Shown in pieces: positions 26,339 through 40,083 of a stretch of DNA of 64,000 nt (the first letter of the stretch is position 1; each line of letters starts with the position of its first letter). A model generated the notes under the pieces. The model was given only the letters and a program-made list of their open reading frames with translations. It made no database searches and was not told the DNA's origin. The position numbers and the translations under genes are program-made. The DNA is from Octopus bimaculoides (Eukaryota). The stretch covers positions 68,129,239 to 68,193,238 of the forward strand of contig NC_068981.1 in assembly GCF_001194135.2 (NCBI RefSeq). The letters run 5' to 3'.

Positions 26339-29300
26339 NNNNNNNNNNNNNNNNNNNNNNNNNNNNNNNNNNNNNNNNNNNNNNNNNNNNNNNNNNNNNN
26401 NNNNNNNNNNNNNNNNNNNNNNNNNNNNNNNNNNNNNNNNNNNNNNNNNNNNNNNNNNNNNNNNNNNNNNNNNNNNNNNNNNNNNNNNNNNNNNNNNNNN
26501 NNNNNNNNNNNNNNNNNNNNNNNNNNNNNNNNNNNNNNNNNNNNNNNNNNNNNNNNNNNNNNNNNNNNNNNNNNNNNNNNNNNNNNNNNNNNNNNNNNNN
26601 NNNNNNNNNNNNNNNNNNNNNNNNNNNNNNNNNNNNNNNNNNNNNNNNNNNNNNNNNNNNNNNNNNNNNNNNNNNNNNNNNNNNNNNNNNNNNNNNNNNN
26701 NNNNNNNNNNNNNNNNNNNNNNNNNNNNNNNNNNNNNNNNNNNNNNNNNNNNNNNNNNNNNNNNNNNNNNNNNNNNNNNNNNNNNNNNNNNNNNNNNNNN
26801 NNNNNNNNNNNNNNNNNNNNNNNNNNNNNNNNNNNNNNNNNNNNNNNNNNNNNNNNNNNNNNNNNNNNNNNNNNNNNNNNNNNNNNNNNNNNNNNNNNNN
26901 NNNNNNNNNNNNNNNNNNNNNNNNNNNNNNNNNNNNNNNNNNNNNNNNNNNNNNNNNNNNNNNNNNNNNNNNNNNNNNNNNNNNNNNNNNNNNNNNNNNN
27001 NNNNNNNNNNNNNNNNNNNNNNNNNNNNNNNNNNNNNNNNNNNNNNNNNNNNNNNNNNNNNNNNNNNNNNNNNNNNNNNNNNNNNNNNNNNNNNNNNNNN
27101 NNNNNNNNNNNNNNNNNNNNNNNNNNNNNNNNNNNNNNNNNNNNNNNNNNNNNNNNNNNNNNNNNNNNNNNNNTATATATATATATATATATACCGAATG
27201 TGAGGGAGGGACGCGGAGACGGATAATAAACAGAGATAGATAAGTATATAGATAGATAAACAGACAGGTAGATTAATGTATATAAGAATAAAAGCGTGTA
27301 TGTAGAATGAAATATTTATTGCATTAAAGATAAGAAAATTATATATATGAGCTGTTTCTACGTGTCCGCATGTGTGTATGTTTAAACAGGTTGCCATCAA
27401 GAAGAAAAAGAAGACGAAGGAGAGAGAGTGAGAGAGAGAAATATATGAATTTGTATTAAAATGCAAAAATGATGCCATTTTCGCATGATCTCCACTCTTA
27501 CATTTAATAGTTCTTACTACGTAAATGACAAGTTCATATAATAAATTACAATTGTCCAACAATTGCAGCTGTAACAACATTCTCAAGCTTGTAATGTATA
27601 CGTTAATTTGCATGGTTGAATTTCAATTATAATTAGGTTATAGTGAAAGTTTCTCGGAGAGGCCTATCTGTCTATGAGATAAGTAAAACAACCACGTAAT
27701 TTACATGCGGTGTCAGAAGATCAGGTATGATGATTTAAGTACATATAGATCTATGAAACTGAGACAACTGCTGATTTCCAGATCATGTATATGTATATGT
27801 GCATATACATTTACATATATGCGTATACATATATATATATATATATATANNNNNNNNNNNNNNNNNNNNNNNNNNNNNNNNNNNNNNNNNNNNNNNNNNN
27901 NNNNNNNNNNNNNNNNNNNNNNNNNNNNNNNNNNNNNNNNNNNNNNNNNNNNNNNNNNNNNNNNNNNNNNNNNNNNNNNNNNNNNNNNNNNNNNNNNNNN
28001 NNNNNNNNNNNNNNNNNNNNNNNNNNNNNNNNNNNNNNNNNNNNNNNNNNNNNNNNNNNNNNNNNNNNNNNNNNNNNNNNNNNNNNNNNNNNNNNNNNNN
28101 NNNNNNNNNNNNNNNNNNNNNNNNNNNNNNNNNNNNNNNNNNNNNNNNNNNNNNNNNNNNNNNNNNNNNNNNNNNNNNNNNNNNNNNNNNNNNNNNNNNN
28201 NNNNNNNNNNNNNNNNNNNNNNNNNNNNNNNNNNNNNNNNNNNNNNNNNNNNNNNNNNNNNNNNNNNNNNNNNNNNNNNNNNNNNNNNNNNNNNNNNNNN
28301 NNNNNNNNNNNNNNNNNNNNNNNNNNNNNNNNNNNNNNNNNNNNNNNNNNNNNNNNNNNNNNNNNNNNNNNNNNNNNNNNNNNNNNNNNNNNNNNNNNNN
28401 NNNNNNNNNNNNNNNNNNNNNNNNNNNNNNNNNNNNNNNNNNNNNNNNNNNNNNNNNNNNNNNNNNNNNNNNNNNNNNNNNNNNNNNNNNNNNNNNNTAT
28501 ATATATATATATATATGTTAATGACACCAAAACAGATGCGTTGTGGAAAGCCCACTAAACTAGGCTATTCGAATGAAGAAAGCCTTCTAATAACGTCCCA
28601 TCGCGTTGAAAAAAGAAAAAAAAACGAAATGTATCACTGGCATTTGGAAATAATACACCAGAGATGATGTCATTGTGGAATACATAATTATGCTTCTTTG
28701 AGACTTGCCAGTTGCCAGTTTCCACTGGCACCGCATGCAAACAATATGTGCCCCCCCCCCGCTTCTATAGTTAAGCAGTGAATAAATAATCAATGACACC
28801 GCATTTAGCTGGCAGACTGAAAAAACGTTCATTATCTCCGACTGAAACAGTATTTCTTCAAAATAGCGGTGTGTGTATCATACCTAAAGCACATATGGGA
28901 GCCTGTTACAGGTGTAGGCTAACAATCTCTCATAGTCGTATAGAATCGAAGAGTAACTTCTTTTATTGATGTGTAATCACCGAGACATTTTCCAATATGC
29001 AGGGAATCAACGTCATTTTCATTGTCACCATAATCATCTTATCTGTTTTGAGGGATTGTGCATCAACGATCATATAATTCAAAGTGTTCATGTTATGTGG
29101 GAAACTTTTCCTCTTCTTCTTAACAAATAGAATAATAAGACAGAGATTCTTCGTTTGATATTAAAGAGTATTCTTGTATAATTTTGTCATATATGAAATT
29201 TCAATCTTGCGCTGATTTCTGAAATGCATTAAAAGAAACTGCGCTTTAAGTGTTATTTTAGATATATGGTATCTAAATGTATTTCAAATAGAAAACACGC

Positions 29301-30194
29301 ATCTGCATACTGCTGTATATGCATTACATTTGGACAATATACGTGATGGAAATAACATTTAATCGTGTCAAAAGAACCAAATAATGTAAACGATACTTAT
29401 ACAGTTACAAAAATAGGTAGCAGACACTTAATAAAATCTAAGCATTCAACTTTGAGTTTATATGCCCACAAACGGTATTCTCATTTCGATTGAACTTAAT
29501 GTATATTCAATTTTATATAAAGTTTCCAAGAAGCGGATTGTAAAGAAAGTTATAAAAACATTAAATATAAGATCAAAGCGACAATTATATCAAATATATG
29601 CAAGAAAGCTACAAATATACTAACCATACTTGATACTAATACAAACAATAATTCTAAGAATTTCAATATGTCACATCTGTTCGCTTTTATGTGGAGATGC
29701 TTAGAAGATATTTCTATCTGTGTTTCATTGTATGGAAATAGTTTTGTATAATTAATTTCACTGCATTGGAAATTTCTCCGAAGGTGGAAACAAGATGTTC
29801 TGACGCTTAGACTTATCTCAAACACACTGGAAATATAATTGAATTGTTACATGAAGCAGTAACCTAAACTATGTCCTTAGTTACAATGCTATATAAATAT
29901 AACATAATGATGAAAATATGAAAGTTGAATATAACAATGACAGGGATAAAATAACGACGATGTCAATGATGATGATGACGAACTGACTAAAATTCATCAT
30001 AATGGTGGTGATAGGCTTGGATGTAGTAGCGGTGAGATGTATATAATGGTAGCGCACAAGTGATGGTATTGGTCGATAGAGCTGTAGCTAAGCAAAACGA
30101 ATTTTAAAAGGCTTATACACACATACAAACCCACAAACACGCACCCCCCCACACACATGTCTATATCTATCTATCTATCTATCTATCTATCTAA

Positions 30195-30400
30195 TGTTTT
30201 CCCTGTTTCAGACTGCGGCCATGCGCGGGCAACGTTTTGTAGAATTTTATTAGAATGAATCGACCCAAGTATTCTTTTTAACGCCTGGAACTAATTCTAT
30301 CAACCCTTTCGCAGAAAAATTAAGTTACACGGACGTAAACACACTAACACCGGTTCTCGAGAGATGGTGGAATAAACACAAACACAAAGACACTCAGAAT
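30195..30400 (-). mobile_element. CORE-like SINE 3' half, degraded
   Basis: Reverse complement aligns by eye with 33110-33305 (TGTGTTT...GGTGTTAGTGTGTTTACGTCC...GATAGAAT...GGGTCGATT...CATGGCCGCAGTC). Confidence 0.6.
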
Positions 30401-30637
30401 TATACATACATACACATGTATATATTTATATATATGTNNNNNNNNNNNNNNNNNNNNNNNNNNNNNNNNNNNNNNNNNNNNNNNNNNNNNNNNNNNNNNN
30501 NNNNNNNNNNNNNNNNNNNNNNNNNNNNNNNNNNNNNNNNNNNNNNNNNNNNNNNNNNNNNNNNNNNNNNNNNNNNNNNNNNNNNNNNNNNNNNNNNNNN
30601 NNNNNNNNNNNNNNNNNNNNNNNNNNNNNNNNNNNNN

Positions 30638-30696
<59 letters not shown>

Positions 30697-30699
<3 letters not shown>

Positions 30700-30835
30700 C
30701 CCACCTTATTGAAGAGTGTATATTCTATTTAGTCGTGTTTGTTCGTTTGTTTGTCTGTGAACAAAATATCTCAACAACCGCTGGATGGATTCGGATGAAA
30801 CTTTCAGTGATGTTTCGTCTTGTGACCGGCACGAG
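30697..30835 (+). mobile_element. Possible Helentron-associated non-autonomous element (HINE/DINE-1-like) fragment
   Basis: TTATTACCCCC...GTTTGTTTGTCTGTGAACAAAATATCTC...GGATGGATTCGGATGAAACTTTCAG in a T-rich site resembles the recalled HINE layout. Not verified by search. Confidence 0.4.
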
Positions 30836-32418
30836 CTGTTTCCAATGTAGCACTTCGCCACTTGGTCGTGTCGCCACAACATGAGTGGTTTTGGGTAAGT
30901 CTAGGGCATTCGTTCGTGATATGGGCAATGGTCTCATGCACTCTATTGCAGATGCGGCACAGCGGAGACAATTGCACATTCTTCAGTTTGACCTTCTAAT
31001 TTGTGGACAGATTTTGGTCCTGCGCTGCTAGTGTAGTGCTCTCTGTCTCTTTTTTGGGTGTTCATTTCATTAGCTAATCCTACCTATTTTTCCAGCAACT
31101 TCCGGTATGGTTCCCTGGAATTGATTGTGTACTCTCTTCTTGCGTAATCCTTCTTCATCTACTTCTGCTCCTTCCTTTGTTTTCCCTTTTTTCCTTGCTC
31201 TCAATATTTTCTCGTTCCTAACTGTCACAAGCAAGGTTTCCTTACTTTCGGCTAAGTTTCTCATTAAGCTCTTGAGTTCGATACGCACGCAATCGCCTAC
31301 ACGTATCAGTCCCCTTCCTCCATTTGCTCTCTCAGTGTCAACACGATCAATGTCTAGAACAGTGTCTAGATAACGTGATGGTCTCCATGCATCATTAGGA
31401 GCGGTCTTAACTTCCTGTCCATCTAATTTAGCTCCTCGTCTGTCCACTTCAGGATTTCAGCGCCTTACCGAACTACTGTGACTGCGCGCGAATGTATTGC
31501 CGAAATGATGCTTTGAAACCAAGATTTTTCTCATTCACCGCAGATACTCTCCTCTTGTCTTCAATCGATGGTGTTTGATTCCATCTGCCTCAAGTATTCC
31601 TAGGTATTTATAACTAGATTGAGGTTGAATTGCCTTCATCATTTCACCACTTGGCAAACATATGCCTTCTGTCCTGGCAAGCTTTCCTCATCTTATTACC
31701 ATTGTAGCAAATTATAAACTCCGTCTTAATATCATTGGAAAAATCCGCACAGAGTGGACTAGGGTTCCAGTTTGCCTCAGTATTTCTGAATAGCTTGAGG
31801 TCGGCCATATAATTGCGAGTGGTCCAGTTTTCGCTTACCTCTTCCTAGATCATACTCCAAATTTATTTTCTGTAGTATTTCACTCAAGGGGATCATTCCC
31901 AACACGAATATCAATGGAGGCACACTGCCTCTCTGGAGGATTCCTCTCTTGATCTTCAGCTCTCTAAGTACTTGCTTCTCTGCTATCAATTCCATTCTCC
32001 AGTATTTCATGCTGTTCTGTATAAGGCTTCTCATATTCTCTGCTACTCCATACATTTCCCTTGTTCTTATATTCCAGGAGTGTGAAATTTGAAATTATAT
32101 CGTATGCTTTGAGATAGTCAAACCGCATCATCTTCATGTTTGAATGTATTCTTTTGCAGTTAATGATAATTAAATTATCAATTAATAGCTGATCCTTCGT
32201 TCCCTGCCTCCTTTTTCGGCACCCTTTCTGTTCAATGGGGAGCAGGCCACTTTTTACCTAGTATCTGTACAGTTCACCAGCCAAAGCACCTGACATTAGT
32301 TTCCACATTAGAGGAAGGCATGTTATTGGTCTAAAGTTGAACGCAACATTTCCCTTTTCAGGTTCCTTGGAACATAACAATGCCTTTCCCTACTGTCATC
32401 CAGCTGCGTACTGTGCTC
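30836..32418 (-). mobile_element. R4/Dong-clade non-LTR retrotransposon fragment (RT to CCHC knuckle), with internal deletions
   Basis: FRPITCLPLMWKLMSG; DQLL; DYLKAYD; LKIKRGILQ..S..PLIFVLGMIPL; YKYLGI; SPLCRICNRVHETIAHITNECP. 5' end abuts a short (TAA)n at 32419-32430. Confidence 0.9.
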
Positions 32419-32431
32419 ATTATTATTATTC

Positions 32432-32650
32432 GGTGAGAGAGAAGCACATGCCATCAAACTGACACTGGGCTAAAAATATACTAAACCCAATATGCCCATC
32501 ATGACAAGCCATCTGATAAGGGTACGCTGCACGTGCATCACAACTACATGAGCGCGATACGGTCATGTGACATCATGATAAACAGCGCGTGACCTTGCTG
32601 CGGGGCCCAGTTAGAATTTTTTTCGAGTTGAGTAGGCCATCCCGCTTAAA
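32432..32650 (+). repeat. Unclassified interspersed repeat starting at (TTA)n
   Basis: Shares GAGAGAG...ATGCCATCAAA.TGACACTGGG.TAAAA.ATA with 60403-60455. Both start immediately after (TTA)n. Confidence 0.6.
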
Positions 32651-32656
32651 CATCCC

Positions 32657-32688
<32 letters not shown>

Positions 32689-33050
32689 GTAGTAGTAGTA
32701 GTAGTAGTAACACTAATGGCGATAAATATGTGATTGCGTAATATATTTTAAAGCTATAAGCTTCGATTCTGAGACTTGAAATAACTATAGAAAAATCTCT
32801 TTTACTCTGTTACTCATAGCTGCTAGTATATACANNNNNNNNNNNNNNNNNNNNNNNNNNNNNNNNNNNNNNNNNNNNNNNNNNNNNNNNNNNNNNNNNN
32901 NNNNNNNNNNNNNNNNNNNNNNNNNNNNNNNNNNNNNNNNNNNNNNNNNNNNNNNNNNNNNNNNNNNNNNNNNNNNNNNNNNNNNNNNNNNNNNNNNNNN
33001 NNNNNNNNNNNNNNNNTATATATTTGTGTGTGTGTGTGTGTATGTTTGTA

Positions 33051-33083
<33 letters not shown>

Positions 33084-33099
33084 GTGTTTGTGTGTGTGT

Positions 33100-33305
33100 G
33101 TTTGTGTGTCTGTGTTTGTCCACCAAACATCGCTTGACAACCGATGGTGGTGTGTTTACGTCTCTGTCGCTTAGCGGTTCGACAAAAGAGACCGATAGAA
33201 TAAGTACTTCGCTTCCAAAGAATAGGACCTGGGGTCGATTTGCTCAACTAATGGCGGTACCCCACCATGGCCGCAATCAAATGACTGAAATAAGTAAAAG
33301 AGTAA
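33100..33305 (+). mobile_element. CORE-like SINE 3' half after (TG)n
   Basis: TGTGTTTGTCCACCAAACATCGCTTGACAACCGATGG...GACCGATAGAATAAGTAC...GGGGTCGATTTGCTC...AATGACTGAAATAAGTAAAAGAG. Confidence 0.8.
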
Positions 33306-33319
33306 TGCTTGATCTTATG

Positions 33320-35578
33320 CATCTACTAACAAACTGTCTGCCTCCCTCTTCAGCTTTCCTTTCTGCAGCCATAACCATGTCTCACTACTACTATTTCCTG
33401 AAACTGTCTTTTGTAATCTACCATTTAACGCCTTCCTCTACCAGTCAGATAATTTCTGTTCTTTTTTCTGATTTTAAAGTTTGTTTGGTATTCTTGCTTT
33501 GACTCTAGCAGTTTTAATAAAATCTTTTCACTATTAACTACATAGAAGTCTATATGTAATATAGCTAACTCCACGCAGTTTTTTACTTTTATTAACCCTT
33601 TTCCACCTTCTTGTCCAAGTAGCTATAACATTGTTACTCCTGCCCCGGGGTGGAGTCCTTCATTCATATTGAATTTCTTCCTATTTCTACTGTCTCGCTT
33701 TTCTAATACAGTTTTGCCCAATGTACAAATGCTACTGAGTATGTATATAATGATACTGCCGAAGTATTTACAGCCAGGAGTGGATTCTTTAGCTTTGACT
33801 TCATTAGCTTCCTAACCCTTCTGATGTACACTTTCTCAATTTTCGTTTTCATTTCAGCAGTTAGTACTCTGTCAGAGTCTAATACTACTAGTTACTTATA
33901 ACTCTCTCCACCTTTCAATGATTTAAGTGTCTGGCCATCTGGTAAATGGATGCCTTTGCTGTTGACTACCTGTCCCCTTCTCATGACTAATATTGCACAC
34001 TTGTTTATGCCAAATTCCATGCCAATATTTTGGCTGAAGTGTCCTCCATTCTGTATTAATGAATCTGTCACTTCTTCATTTTTACTAAAGAGCTTCAGAT
34101 CATTCATGTATTTTTTCCAGTAGAACCTCTGAACTGATACCCTGCCTTTGCCTTCCTTAATACTAAACTGAGGGTGGTCAAACATAAGACAAATATTAAA
34201 TGGGATAGCGAGTCCCTCTGGAAAATTCCGCTTTTGATATTAATTTTCCCTAAGAGTATGTCGCCTGAGTAGAGATCTACTTCCTATTTCTTCATGCTGA
34301 ACCTACTTAATTCCCTTATGTTTTCTGCTATACTGAATAAACCCAAACATTCACTTATCGATGAGTGTGGGAAAATGTCATATAATATGTCCAGGCTATC
34401 GTTAGAATTTTCTTTCAAGCTTTTATTTCATTTAGAACTATTTTGCCTATAAATAATAGCTCATGTATTCCTCTAGTCTTCTTCCTGCTTCCTTTCTGGT
34501 AGTAAATTTGGGCTGACAAGGTGTTCATAAATACTTTCTGAAAGCATTCCTGCTAACAGCTTCCACACTAATGCTAAGCAAGTGATTGGTCTATAGCGGC
34601 TAGCTGTATTACCTTTGCTCTTATCCATCGTAATGTGTATTGACCTCCCTCTAATCCTCCAATCTCGTATTATTCCTCCAAGGCAAGCCTAAATTTGTTC
34701 CCTCAGCCACCCATGTAAACTACCGAATTTCTTTACCCAGTACCCTTGAAGTAAATATGATATTGGGCCCCCCCCCCCAGTTCGGCATATTTCCTAATAT
34801 CTTGCGCATTAATACACCAGTTAATCTTAGATCTCGATGCTTCACACTCACTACTTCTTGCCTCACTTTCTTTAACCATACTACATCTTCATTTTGACTG
34901 ACCGGTTTGTCCCAAATATTACTCCAGAACATTCTAGATTCCTCTGCATTAGGTTTCTCATCTTCAGTACTTAGTTCTCCACTATTTATTTGCTTATAAA
35001 ATCGCTTCTGGTCTTTCTGAAATAATCTACTCTGTCGATACTGATCTATTGTTTTCTGTAGAGCTTGCCTGGTACAGCTATGATACGCCGTTTGAACCTT
35101 CTATTATTGGCCCAAATCCTTTCCTTTTAATTTAATATCTTTCCTCGAGGCAAGATTTGCATCTTGTGTTTCCTAACTTCTTTGTTTTCCAAACATCTAC
35201 TCAACTCAAAACTTGTCTTAAAATCTTCACTTTTTTTTGTAGTCTCCTTTTCCACATTTTCTCTTTTGTAACCTCTCCCTGTGAGATATCTAATCTTCCG
35301 GTAACTATTACTCCTCCTGCATAGATCAATAAGTTAGTCTTCAATATTTTTAGCATCTGTCCTACTGGTAACAGAATCTACTTTCCTATTTATTTCTTGT
35401 ACCTTCCTTCTGTTGGTGCATTTTTATGCTGGCAGTATATTTCTTACTTTTTTACACATTACTTCCTGCAACTCATATAAAATCTTCTGATCTTCCTCTT
35501 AAATCCCTTAAGTCGTTGGTGCCAGATGTCCTTCCTCATTGGTAGTTCCACTATGATTGTTTCCCTTAGGTTCGTCTT
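33320..35578 (-). mobile_element. R4/Dong-clade non-LTR retrotransposon, decayed, N-terminal region through RT and thumb
   Basis: FWSNIWDKP; NWGG-P; YRPITCLALVWKLLAG; (R)GIFQRDSL; MNDLKLF; IGMEFGINKC; EGLHP; GGKGL. Begins directly after (TAA)n at 35580-35643 on the minus strand. Confidence 0.9.
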
Positions 35579-35580
35579 TG

Positions 35581-35644
<64 letters not shown>

Positions 35645-35649
<5 letters not shown>

Positions 35650-36447
35650 TAGTTTTATTTTTATAACGTGCTTTCACTTCACTACCGAGCGCAGCTCTGT
35701 GCGCCTTGGGTATGTGCTGTTGTTTGCTGTGGTGCTCTTATGGTTACTGTATTGAAAGTGTTTTGCGTAGGATGTGTGCAGTGCCCAGTGGTGCAATTTT
35801 CTGTATGTTATATATATTTGTAAGTCCTGGTGTTTTTGTTATGTATTTGTCTGAATATTTTTGTATTATACCTAAGACACCTACTATACTNNNNNNNNNN
35901 NNNNNNNNNNNNNNNNNNNNNNNNNNNNNNNNNNNNNNNNNNNNNNNNNNNNNNNNNNNNNNNNNNNNNNNNNNNNNNNNNNNNNNNNNNNNNNNNNNNN
36001 NNNNNNNNNNNNNNNNNNNNNNNNNNNNNNNNNNNNNNNNNNNNNNNNNNNNNNNNNNNNNNNNNNNNNNNNNNNNNNNNNNNNNNNNNNNNNNNNNNNN
36101 NNNNNNNNNNNNNNNNNNNNNNNNNNNNNNNNNNNNNNNNNNNNNNNNNNATGATATTTGACAACTATATTTGCTCTATTTGACTTAATTTCTTTATCTG
36201 TGTGTATTGGCATATCCCAGAGTATGGTTGTTTTCTCGTTCTCTGTGACCTTTTCTGGCGTGTGTTTATACCATCTTTTTTCTTTTGTTATTCCATAGTG
36301 TTGGCATAGCTTCCATTGTATATAGGTCCCAGCTCTGCCGTGTCTGTGAATATATTCCTTCTTAGCCAGGACTGGGCAGCCAGATATAAAATGATTTATT
36401 GTTTCTTGTCCATATCCACATATTCTAGTTACTTGTTATGTTTCTTT

Positions 36448-36448
<1 letters not shown>
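35645..36448 (-). mobile_element. R4/Dong-clade element 3' end (CCHC, RLE, 3' UTR) embedded in (TAA)n
   Basis: CRICGYGQETINHFISGCPVLAKKEY...WKLCQHYG...TILWDMPIHTDKEIKSNRANIVV, gap, then IVGVLGII...IQKIAPLGTAHILRKTLSIQ*. UTR ends CTACTGAA(TAA)n. (TAA)n on both sides. Confidence 0.92.
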
Positions 36449-36503
<55 letters not shown>

Positions 36504-36661
36504 TGGCTGTATAACAATCTTAACGTATGTGTGTCATTGAAAAGACAGAAACCGCTGCTCGCCGACGGCGAATATTTCTTTATAATGTAATTCACAAACC
36601 CATATATGTATACATATTATATCTGATACCTGTTTGTGCTTATGTCTGTGTGTATGCGTGT

Positions 36662-36716
<55 letters not shown>

Positions 36717-39469
36717 TGTGTCTGTACACTTTCAAAATTTTCTTAATTAGAATTGCTACAATTGAAATAAACCTTATATTAGGATTGTACCAGGACATCG
36801 CAGACAAAATTCTGAGTACGTGGCTTTTGTTAGTGCTAATATTTTGCCTCAAAGTATGTAAAAATCTCAATATCCTGATTCCCTAATAAGAATTTCTGTT
36901 AAAGATTATTACAGCAGCAAATGTGTCATCAGAAAAAAATAGCATATTCTAATATCTCACTGTCTGTAGAACATGACATGTGAGTCTTTAACATATGTGA
37001 ACTTCTCCCCACTAAAATAAATAAAGAAAGAAATAGAAACTGGAGAGAATAGAATCACAAGTCAATATTAACATATGCCCTGACCTTGTCTTACATAATC
37101 CCCGCCTTTCTTCCTAAATTTGTATCTCAAACACCTAGAAGCTCAGAAAGCAATTGAATTTACTTTGTTCAAATACGTGTAGGAGATGATATGTATTTCA
37201 GTTACAAGTAAATAGTGGTTGCTCTTCATATTCAAATAAATTCAATAATGTATCGGCTGAAATTGAAAGGGCAACTTTAATGAACGGGATAGTGGGTGAT
37301 GTATAATGTCTTACGCATAAATTGATAGCAATCGCTTCAGTAGACAATCGAGTTTGCCAGTTTGCATTTCTGTACAGGAGAACACACGCATACGCATACC
37401 ATACATACACAAAGATGCGCGAAACACACATACACTATCGCATACACACACATGCATATAAACACACACACACACACATACACACATGCGCGTGAGCTGA
37501 CTTTATTTCGTTATTTTAGAGTTAACTAAGCGCTTCCTCTCATCTAGATGTGCGTGTCTGGATTTCTGCCATATCACTGAATCTTCACGAGTTTTGCAGA
37601 ATTTTCCCAACATTACTGTTTCCTATATGTACAGATAAGGATTTTAATAGCAATATAAGTAATACTGATGTTTCAGTAGGCCAGCTTGTATGACCAACAT
37701 CATTAACATTGAAATGGTTAAGTAGATCAAAGCATAGATTAGTGTTAGACAGTAAGGAAGTTTATGACTACGTTTTATGAGCTTATTTTATTAAATTATA
37801 GTATCGACACATGTGACGAATTTTTATCTAATCGTTTTATCGGAAAAGTTATCAAACAGTTTTATCAGAATATTCATAAAACTATTTTAAATAAATTACG
37901 CTCACATTTTCTTTAAATTATTCCAGCGAATATTACGACGTGGCATTAACAACCTAATTTATGAAATTAATTTAGACAATTAATTTAATTCTTTCATGAA
38001 TGTTGATGATCAACCTCCACAACACGGTAAAGCTGTCGAATTTTAGTGGGTGTTAATTTTAAATAGGAAACATCACTAAATCACCAAAGCTACAACCATG
38101 CCCAGGAGAAGCAGTTAGCTCCGTTTCTATGTAAGATCGAACTGGAGTCTCCGCTTATAATAACATAAATATCTTTATAGAAATATCTTCAAACATATAT
38201 GGGTCAGGAAAAATTCATATATTTCAGATTTATTAAAACTCTGACTGTGAATCTGAAGCCGACACGTCTCATAATTAAATTTACGTTCATTCTCTCACTA
38301 ACTTTAGAATATTATAAACTTTACAGACCAAACAAGATTATACACAGAAGTATGACCAGGGTGAAAATTTAAACATTTTAAAAATATGCTTTGTATATTT
38401 TACTATTAATACATCATAATGTACATAGAACATTCATCATAATGCACATAGAAGAGTCTTCACGAAAATCTGCCCAGTTATGCTTTTGGGAATATTAAAA
38501 AGAGGAACACATACTAGTCCACAGAAAACTTTTTTTTTAAATTTTCATATTGGTATAATCTGAAGTAAGAAAGGTAACGTTAAAATATTTTCTGAAGTTC
38601 GGGAAACAGGCTGAGAGTGTGGAAGGAATATATACAGAGATGAGTGGAACGCATATTGGAATCAATGATTACTTCAGTGAATATAACCAATGTTATATTA
38701 AATGCAGTCTACTACACAGGTTTCACGTAACTGGAAATATGTTTATTTTCAACAATTTTAATGCCGTTAGTCAATCATAGTGAGAATAAGACACCTCTAT
38801 CATCACTTCATTAAGAGACGATGCTAAGGTTTTGGAACATGTATGAACATCGACACAAATAAAGAATTGTGAAATTATTTAGTACAAAATATAAAACACA
38901 GTCATGATGAAGGGAATAAAATACACACGCATACAAAACACGTACTCTCCGCGCACTCACGTACCCCCCATCCACACACATATAGTATGCATTATTAGGT
39001 TTTACAGGTTTTCTAACAGGGTGTCTAACAGGCTGATAGATACCCCCATTTATGTGGTTCAACACCAAAATCATGTGATATTCGAATTCCAGCACACATA
39101 ACAGACAAATTTGTGTAAATAGATGTCGGAATGTATATATTACACAGTAGGATAGTCCATGTAATGTCAATATAAGGATAAAGTAAGGACAGGACATTGT
39201 AATTAAATTATTACTCACCTTTGTGTGAATAATAACTTACTCTTTTTACTATTAATATATCTATCATGTGAACATTGAACAAATGAACGCTTGATCCATG
39301 ATCCACTCGATGTTCGTGGGTACTAAGGATTGTAATGTAATCACCCAAGGAATACAGACTATGACTGTGAGAAACATGTGACATGTACAAACGCGCGTAA
39401 CGATACATCAATATATTTATAAATTCCATCCACACATTATTCTTCCCCCCCCTCTCTCTCTCTCTCCCT

Positions 39470-39790
39470 GGTGTCGTGGTATATCCATGCAGTTGACGAA
39501 TCATGGCTTGTTACCCTTCTATTTATTCACATCACCCAGGTTTTCCTCGCTTTGCTCGTTCATTCCTTTTTTCATCCAGTCGAACATTTTCATTCTCTGC
39601 CTACCCCTTGCTCTCCTTCCCACCAGCGCAGTCTCCACCATCAAATGCTCCATTCCGTCATCCTCTCTGAGAAAATGACCAACAAATCTACATTTTCTCT
39701 CTGTGATAGTATCCAGCAACTGTCTTTCATCTTCTTCATTTTCATCTTCTTCAACACTTTCACATTCGTCACTCTCTGTACCCACAGACT
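39470..39790 (-). mobile_element. RTE-clade LINE 3' end
   Basis: RQLLDTITERKCRFVGHFLREDDGMEHLMVETALVGRRARGRQRMKM is the typical RTE C-terminus (FxGH, GxRxRGRQR). Followed by a (GA)n tail. Confidence 0.75.
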
Positions 39791-39803
39791 TAGAAATTAT
39801 TAT

Positions 39804-39835
<32 letters not shown>

Positions 39836-40083
39836 NNNNNNNNNNNNNNNNNNNNNNNNNNNNNNNNNNNNNNNNNNNNNNNNNNNNNNNNNNNNNNNNN
39901 NNNNNNNNNNNNNNNNNNNNNNNNNNNNNNNNNNNNNNNNNNNNNNNNNNNNNNNNNNNGTGTGTGTATCTGTAAATAATATGTGACAATTATTCGGTAG
40001 CCATCATAAAACGAGTTTTGGATATCGGGGCGAAAACTCACGCCGCCATCTCTTCAGTTATCTCACCATTGAAAAATGCTATA

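Noticed and set aside
27727-27775. C/D box-like ATGATGA...CTGA (also 38904-39036)
   Set aside because: Spacing is off and there is no terminal stem, so no snoRNA call.
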